Assembly: GCA_963676105.1 (NCBI GenBank)
Contig: OY781039.1
Span: 30,001-62,000 of the forward strand
From: Erysipelotrichaceae bacterium
GTDB taxonomy: Bacteria; Bacillota_I; Bacilli_A; Erysipelotrichales; Erysipelotrichaceae
DNA length: 32,000 nucleotides
Reading direction: 5' to 3'
The number at the start of each line of letters is the position of its first letter. The stretch's first letter is position 1. The position numbers and the translations under genes were made by a program. The notes beneath the pieces are model-generated. The model was given only the letters and a program-made list of their open reading frames with translations. It had not been told where the DNA came from and made no database searches. Positions 28,153-32,000 of the stretch are shown here, in pieces.

Positions 28153-28793
28153 TGATTATTGCACCTTCACTACTCTCAATGGATCTAACAAAAACTACTC
28201 AACAATTAGAAGAAATAGAAGCTTCTAAAGCGAAATGGTTACATATTGATATTATGGATGGACACTTTGTACCTAATTTAAGTTATGGTCCAGGCTTTGT
28301 ATCACAAATGCGAAAAGCAAGCCCACTTTTTTTAGATGTTCATATAATGGTCAGTGATCCTCAAATGTATGCACCAATTTTTATTGATGCGGGGGCTGAT
28401 TTAATTACCTTTCATATTGAAGCAACTGATGATGTCGCAGGGCTTATAAAAAAGATTAAAGATAAAGGTCGTAAAGTCGGTATCTCGATTAAGCCTAAAA
28501 CAGATGTTGAAACACTATGGCCATATTTAAAGGATATTGACTTAGTTTTGGTGATGTCTGTTGAACCAGGTTTTGGTGGTCAAAGTTTTATGCCTGAATC
28601 TTTAGATAAAATAAAAGCAATTCGTGAAAAGATAACAGAAAATGCTTTTAAAACCATTATAGAAGTTGATGGTGGAATCAATGAAGAAACAGCACAATTA
28701 GTAGTAGAGGCTGGAGCTGACTGTTTAGTTGCGGGATCGTATATCTTTAATAAAAATATTGAAGAAGCTGTTAATTCATTATGGAACGCATAG
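28152..28793 (+). CDS. rpe: Ribulose-phosphate 3-epimerase
   Basis: IAPSLLSMD, HIDIMDGHFVPN, MSVEPGFGGQSF and VDGGIN motifs. TAATG junction with rsgA. Confidence 0.95.
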   Translation: MIIAPSLLSMDLTKTTQQLEEIEASKAKWLHIDIMDGHFVPNLSYGPGFVSQMRKASPLFLDVHIMVSDPQMYAPIFIDAGADLITFHIEATDDVAGLIKKIKDKGRKVGISIKPKTDVETLWPYLKDIDLVLVMSVEPGFGGQSFMPESLDKIKAIREKITENAFKTIIEVDGGINEETAQLVVEAGADCLVAGSYIFNKNIEEAVNSLWNA

Positions 28794-29383
28794 CAACGCT
28801 TGTCTTAAAAAATGTTGATTTTGAAGCAATAGGAGATTGTTTTGCTTGCGAAAGCGGAGCTTTAGCGATTATCAATAAAGGCTTAACTTTGCATGCTGCT
28901 TTAGGTGATTTTGATAGTGTCTCATTAGAAGATAAAACATTCATCCAATCCAAAGCTTTAAAATTTCAAGCTTATTCATCTCATAAGGATTTTAGTGATA
29001 GTGAATTAGCCATAGAGTATTTAATTCAAGAAGGTTATGACAAAATTATTGTCTATGGTGGCTTAGGGGGTCGTAGTGATCATTTGCATGTTAATTTGAT
29101 CTTAGCTTATAAATATCCTCAAGTTGTGTTTAAGGATAATAAGCAAGAAGTATATTCTCTTAGGCAGGGAGATTATAAAATATCAAAAGATCAGTTTGAT
29201 CTCTTCTCGGTTTTTAGTTTTGAAAAGACTATGATTAGTTTAAATAATTGTGAATATCCATTAGAAAATAAAAAAATCAATGTCTTAAACACATTGACCT
29301 TAAGTAATACCTGGTTAGATACAGAAGTAAACTTAACTGTACACATGGGTACAGTTATCATCATAAAAAGTAAAAATTGCTAA
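28781..29383 (+). CDS. thiN: Thiamine pyrophosphokinase
   Basis: GDFDS motif, YGGLGGRSDH, and a position after rpe as in B. subtilis (yloS). 13-nt overlap with rpe. Confidence 0.8.
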   Translation: MERIATLVLKNVDFEAIGDCFACESGALAIINKGLTLHAALGDFDSVSLEDKTFIQSKALKFQAYSSHKDFSDSELAIEYLIQEGYDKIIVYGGLGGRSDHLHVNLILAYKYPQVVFKDNKQEVYSLRQGDYKISKDQFDLFSVFSFEKTMISLNNCEYPLENKKINVLNTLTLSNTWLDTEVNLTVHMGTVIIIKSKNC

Positions 29384-29384
29384 T

Positions 29385-29411
29385 AAAAAAACGGAATGAT
29401 TTCCGTTTTTT
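29385..29411. terminator. Bidirectional terminator shared by thiN and rpmB
   Basis: aaaaaacggaa-tgat-ttccgtttttt: a symmetric A-run, stem and T-run placed between the two convergent stop codons. Confidence 0.8.
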
Positions 29412-29601
29412 ATCCGTTTTGTTGAGCTTTAAGTGTTTTTAAAGCACGAGCAGAGATACGCATGCGTACTGGTTTACCATCAACCATAACTCTGACTTTT
29501 TGTAAGTTCACATTCCACTTACGACGTGATGATTGTAGTGAGTGTGAACGTTTATTGCCTGATAAGGCGCCTTTACCACTTACGGCACATTTTCTTGACA
29601 T
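29410..29601 (-). CDS. rpmB: 50S ribosomal protein L28
   Basis: MSRKCAVSGKGALSGNKRSHSLQSSRRKWNVNLQKVRV matches the L28 signature. 63 aa. SD aaggggg. Confidence 0.96.
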   Translation of the reverse strand: MSRKCAVSGKGALSGNKRSHSLQSSRRKWNVNLQKVRVMVDGKPVRMRISARALKTLKAQQNG

Positions 29602-29642
29602 GTAGAAGACCCCCTTTCAAAGGTTTAATAAAGTGCCTATGA

Positions 29643-29671
29643 ATAATAGCATGATTATCCTGTTAATGCAA
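29643..29671 (-). promoter_or_regulatory. SigA-type promoter of rpmB
   Basis: On the minus strand: -35 TTGCAT (29671-29666), 17-nt spacer, extended -10 TGcTATTAT (29651-29643). Confidence 0.6.
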
Positions 29672-29712
29672 GGGTTATAAGTACACTTTAAGTCATAAAT
29701 AAAAACTTGCTA

Positions 29713-29721
29713 TGATATAAT
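29713..29721 (+). promoter_or_regulatory. Extended -10 promoter element for ftsA-ftsZ
   Basis: TGaTATAAT lies 25 nt before the ATG at 29747. SD gtgaggg at 29736-29742. Confidence 0.45.
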
Positions 29722-29746
29722 AATCTCAATTGAGAGTGAGGGTTAA

Positions 29747-30982
29747 ATGAACGACCAAAACGTCCATGCAGCATTAGAAATTGCGGATCATGAAATCCGT
29801 TTGGCGATTGGCCAATTTCACAATACTAGACTCAATATTTTAAAAGTTGAACGGGTTGCTTGTTCAGGTGTTTTAGGCACATATATTGCAGATCAACAGT
29901 CAGTTGTTGATGCCATCACGGCCGCTAAAAACCATGTTAAAGAAACCTTAGGAGTTGATTTAAAACGTGTCATTTTAGCGCTTCCAACTTTAAATGCTTC
30001 ACGTTATGTTAAACGTATTGAAAGAAGAATTAAGGAACAAGTCACTTTAAATGATATAAAAGCCATTATGAAAGAAGCTTATCATAGTGACATTCCATCT
30101 CATCAAGAACTCATTAATGCATTCATTACTAAATCAGTCGTTAATGGTATTACACTTAGACGCTTACCTTTAAATGAGGTTTGTGATTCTATCGCATGTA
30201 GTGTTGATTTGTTATGTGCTGATCGTGATTTAGTTTATCGTTATGCACAAACAGTTGAAAAATCTGGTTTAGAAATCAGCGAAATATCTTTAGATTCTTA
30301 CGCTTTTGGTAAGGAAGCTTCATTATTTGAAAAATCACTGGAACATCATATTGTTGCCTTAAAGATTGAAAGACAATCATCTAGTTTGGCTTTATTTGCG
30401 AAGGGCAAGATGAGTAGTAGTGAAATCTTAGATTTAGGGATGCATCAAATGATTGCGAAATTATCCGAGAAAGCACATCTTCCAATTGATGTGGCTGATC
30501 GCTTAATGCATTTTAATGTAAGGTTTGGACTTGAGAGTTATCCTGATACACCTGTTTATTTATGGTCTGTAGATAAAGAAACACATACTTTAAGTGAAAA
30601 AGATATCTTTGAAATCTTAAAAGATGATTTAAATACATGGATTGAAAGCATTCAAAAAGCGATTGCGCCAATTGTTGAACATGGTGAAACAAAGATGATT
30701 CTCTATGGGGAATCTGCTGAAATAAATGGTTTAGTAAGTATGCTAAGCAAACATTTAGGCATAGAAGTTGAACATTATATACCTGAGACATTAGGTATTC
30801 GATACAGTGCCATGAGTACTGTGGCAGGATTGTTTTATGTTTTGAAGGATCAAAGTCGCTTACGTGATTTTGACCCAGCGATTAATATGTTGGATTATGA
30901 AAGCTTAGTCATCGCAAAACAAGATACACATGAAGATACCCTTTCAGGTAAATTTAAAGGGTTGTTTGAGAGAAAAGGTTAA
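29747..30982 (+). CDS. ftsA: Divergent FtsA-like cell-division protein (actin/ASKHA fold) with substituted nucleotide-binding motifs
   Basis: Sits directly 5' of ftsZ with a 12-nt gap. Collinear by eye with B. subtilis FtsA along its length. Ends in a basic amphipathic tail, GKFKGLFERKG. Confidence 0.7.
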   Translation: MNDQNVHAALEIADHEIRLAIGQFHNTRLNILKVERVACSGVLGTYIADQQSVVDAITAAKNHVKETLGVDLKRVILALPTLNASRYVKRIERRIKEQVTLNDIKAIMKEAYHSDIPSHQELINAFITKSVVNGITLRRLPLNEVCDSIACSVDLLCADRDLVYRYAQTVEKSGLEISEISLDSYAFGKEASLFEKSLEHHIVALKIERQSSSLALFAKGKMSSSEILDLGMHQMIAKLSEKAHLPIDVADRLMHFNVRFGLESYPDTPVYLWSVDKETHTLSEKDIFEILKDDLNTWIESIQKAIAPIVEHGETKMILYGESAEINGLVSMLSKHLGIEVEHYIPETLGIRYSAMSTVAGLFYVLKDQSRLRDFDPAINMLDYESLVIAKQDTHEDTLSGKFKGLFERKG

Positions 30983-30994
30983 AGGAGATTTTGT

Positions 30995-32000
30995 ATGAGT
31001 GAATTAACGTACAATCAAGTCGCTAAAATTAAAGTATTCGGTATTGGTGGAGCTGGATGTAATGCAGTTAACCGTATGGTTGAAGAAGATGTTCAAGGTG
31101 TAGAATTCTATGTCGTTAACACAGACCTTCAAGTTTTAAATATTTCTAAAGCTAAAAATAAACTGATTTTAGGTGAAGAAACCACAAAAGGCTTAGGTGC
31201 TGGGGCTGACCCTGAAGTTGGGCTCAAAGCTGCACAAGAAAGCGAAGATTCAATTCGTGAAGCAATGAAAGGTGCCGATATGGTATTCCTGACGGCTGGT
31301 CTTGGTGGTGGCACTGGTACGGGTGCTGCACCACTTTTTGCGAAAATCGCAAAAGAAAATGGTATTTTAACGATTGGGATTGTCACAAAACCATTTAGTT
31401 TTGAAGGACGTAAACGTATGGACCAAGCCTTACGTGGTCTTGAAGAGTTAAGAGAGAATGTAGATTCACTCATTATTGTTTCTAATAATCAACTCTTAGA
31501 AGTGATTGGTCGTATTCCATTTGTTGAAGCGTTTAGAGAAGCGGATAATGTTTTACGTCAAGGTGTTCAAACCATTACAGATTTAATTGCGGTCCCAGCG
31601 ATGATTAACTTAGACTTCGCTGATGTACGTAATGTTATGATGGGGCAAGGTTCTGCTTTAATTGGTATTGGCTTAGCACAAGGTGATAATAAAGCTCAAG
31701 AAGCTGCTGCTCGTGCGATTACGTCGCCTTTACTTGAAGCCCAAATTCATGGCGCAAGAAAAGCAATTGTTAATATCACAGGTGGTGAAAGCATTACTTT
31801 ATTTGATGCAGATGACGCAGTGGGCTTTATTCGTGAAGCGGCTGGTGAAGAAATCGATATTATCTTTGGGGTAGCTATTAATGAAACACTTGAAGATAAG
31901 ATAATTGTTACAGTTATCGCAACTGGTTTTGATTTACCACAAGAACAACGTTCTTATAAACCGATTTCTGATGCGAAGAATGTCTCAGAGAGTTTAGAAA
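30995..32000 (+). CDS. ftsZ: Cell-division GTPase FtsZ (3' end outside window; absent from the supplied ORF track)
   Basis: Hand translation from the ATG at 30995 (SD aaaggaga at 30981-30988) gives MSELTYNQVAKIKVFGIGGAGCNAVNRM...GLGGGTGTGAAP...NLDFADV. This contains the tubulin signature. There is no in-frame stop up to nt 32000. Confidence 0.97.
   Translation, partial: MSELTYNQVAKIKVFGIGGAGCNAVNRMVEEDVQGVEFYVVNTDLQVLNISKAKNKLILGEETTKGLGAGADPEVGLKAAQESEDSIREAMKGADMVFLTAGLGGGTGTGAAPLFAKIAKENGILTIGIVTKPFSFEGRKRMDQALRGLEELRENVDSLIIVSNNQLLEVIGRIPFVEAFREADNVLRQGVQTITDLIAVPAMINLDFADVRNVMMGQGSALIGIGLAQGDNKAQEAAARAITSPLLEAQIHGARKAIVNITGGESITLFDADDAVGFIREAAGEEIDIIFGVAINETLEDKIIVTVIATGFDLPQEQRSYKPISDAKNVSESLE

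Noticed and set aside
31129-31473. 114-aa ORF antisense to ftsZ, and the 63-aa + strand ORF at 31683-31874
   Set aside because: Both lie inside the ftsZ reading frame that I translated by hand (GGGTGTGAAP and other motifs). The Ala/Pro/Ser-rich product is typical of the antisense of a Gly/Ala-rich gene.

Overview
This is an AT-rich chromosomal segment of Bacillota type that uses the standard genetic code: TGA ends ORFs and conserved Trp residues are TGG. It is packed almost edge to edge with housekeeping genes. No intergenic gap exceeds about 180 nt. I saw no rRNA, tRNA, CRISPR array, transposase, integrase, phage or defence genes.

Transcription units inferred from the sequence:
1. leuS, 5'-truncated at the window edge, ending in a bidirectional terminator.
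2. A membrane-anchored metallophosphoesterase (- strand).
3. An orphan LiaF-like membrane protein.
4. def-rnj (- strand, overlapping).
5. A SEDS (FtsW/RodA) gene, then rsmD and coaD.
6. A CIRCE-controlled heat-shock operon, hrcA-grpE-dnaK-dnaJ, with clpB fused directly behind it.
7. A poorly characterised envelope block: MgtC-like protein, standalone MprF-flippase-like TM protein, a 79-aa lipoprotein and a DUF45/YgjP HExxH hydrolase. Its 3' end overlaps the convergent rqcH gene.
8. gmk with its own terminator.
9. priA-rsmB-rlmN-stp-prkC-rsgA-rpe-thiN, tightly coupled and laid out like the B. subtilis ylo region, facing rpmB.
10. ftsA-ftsZ. ftsZ runs off the 3' edge and is missing from the supplied ORF track; I recovered it by translating from 30995.

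I did not find a convincing new multi-gene system. The items most worth a second look are:
- An FtsA homologue in which all three actin-fold nucleotide-binding motifs look substituted, next to a fully canonical FtsZ.
- The MgtC / flippase-like / lipoprotein / DUF45 block.
- A dual-CIRCE hrcA promoter, with clpB apparently placed under HrcA control by operon fusion.
- A recurring geometry in which -10 boxes sit 6-10 nt upstream of start codons that lack a Shine-Dalgarno sequence, which fits leaderless mRNAs.
- A metallophosphoesterase with several metal-ligand positions replaced.

All functional calls come from reading motifs by eye. No searches were run.
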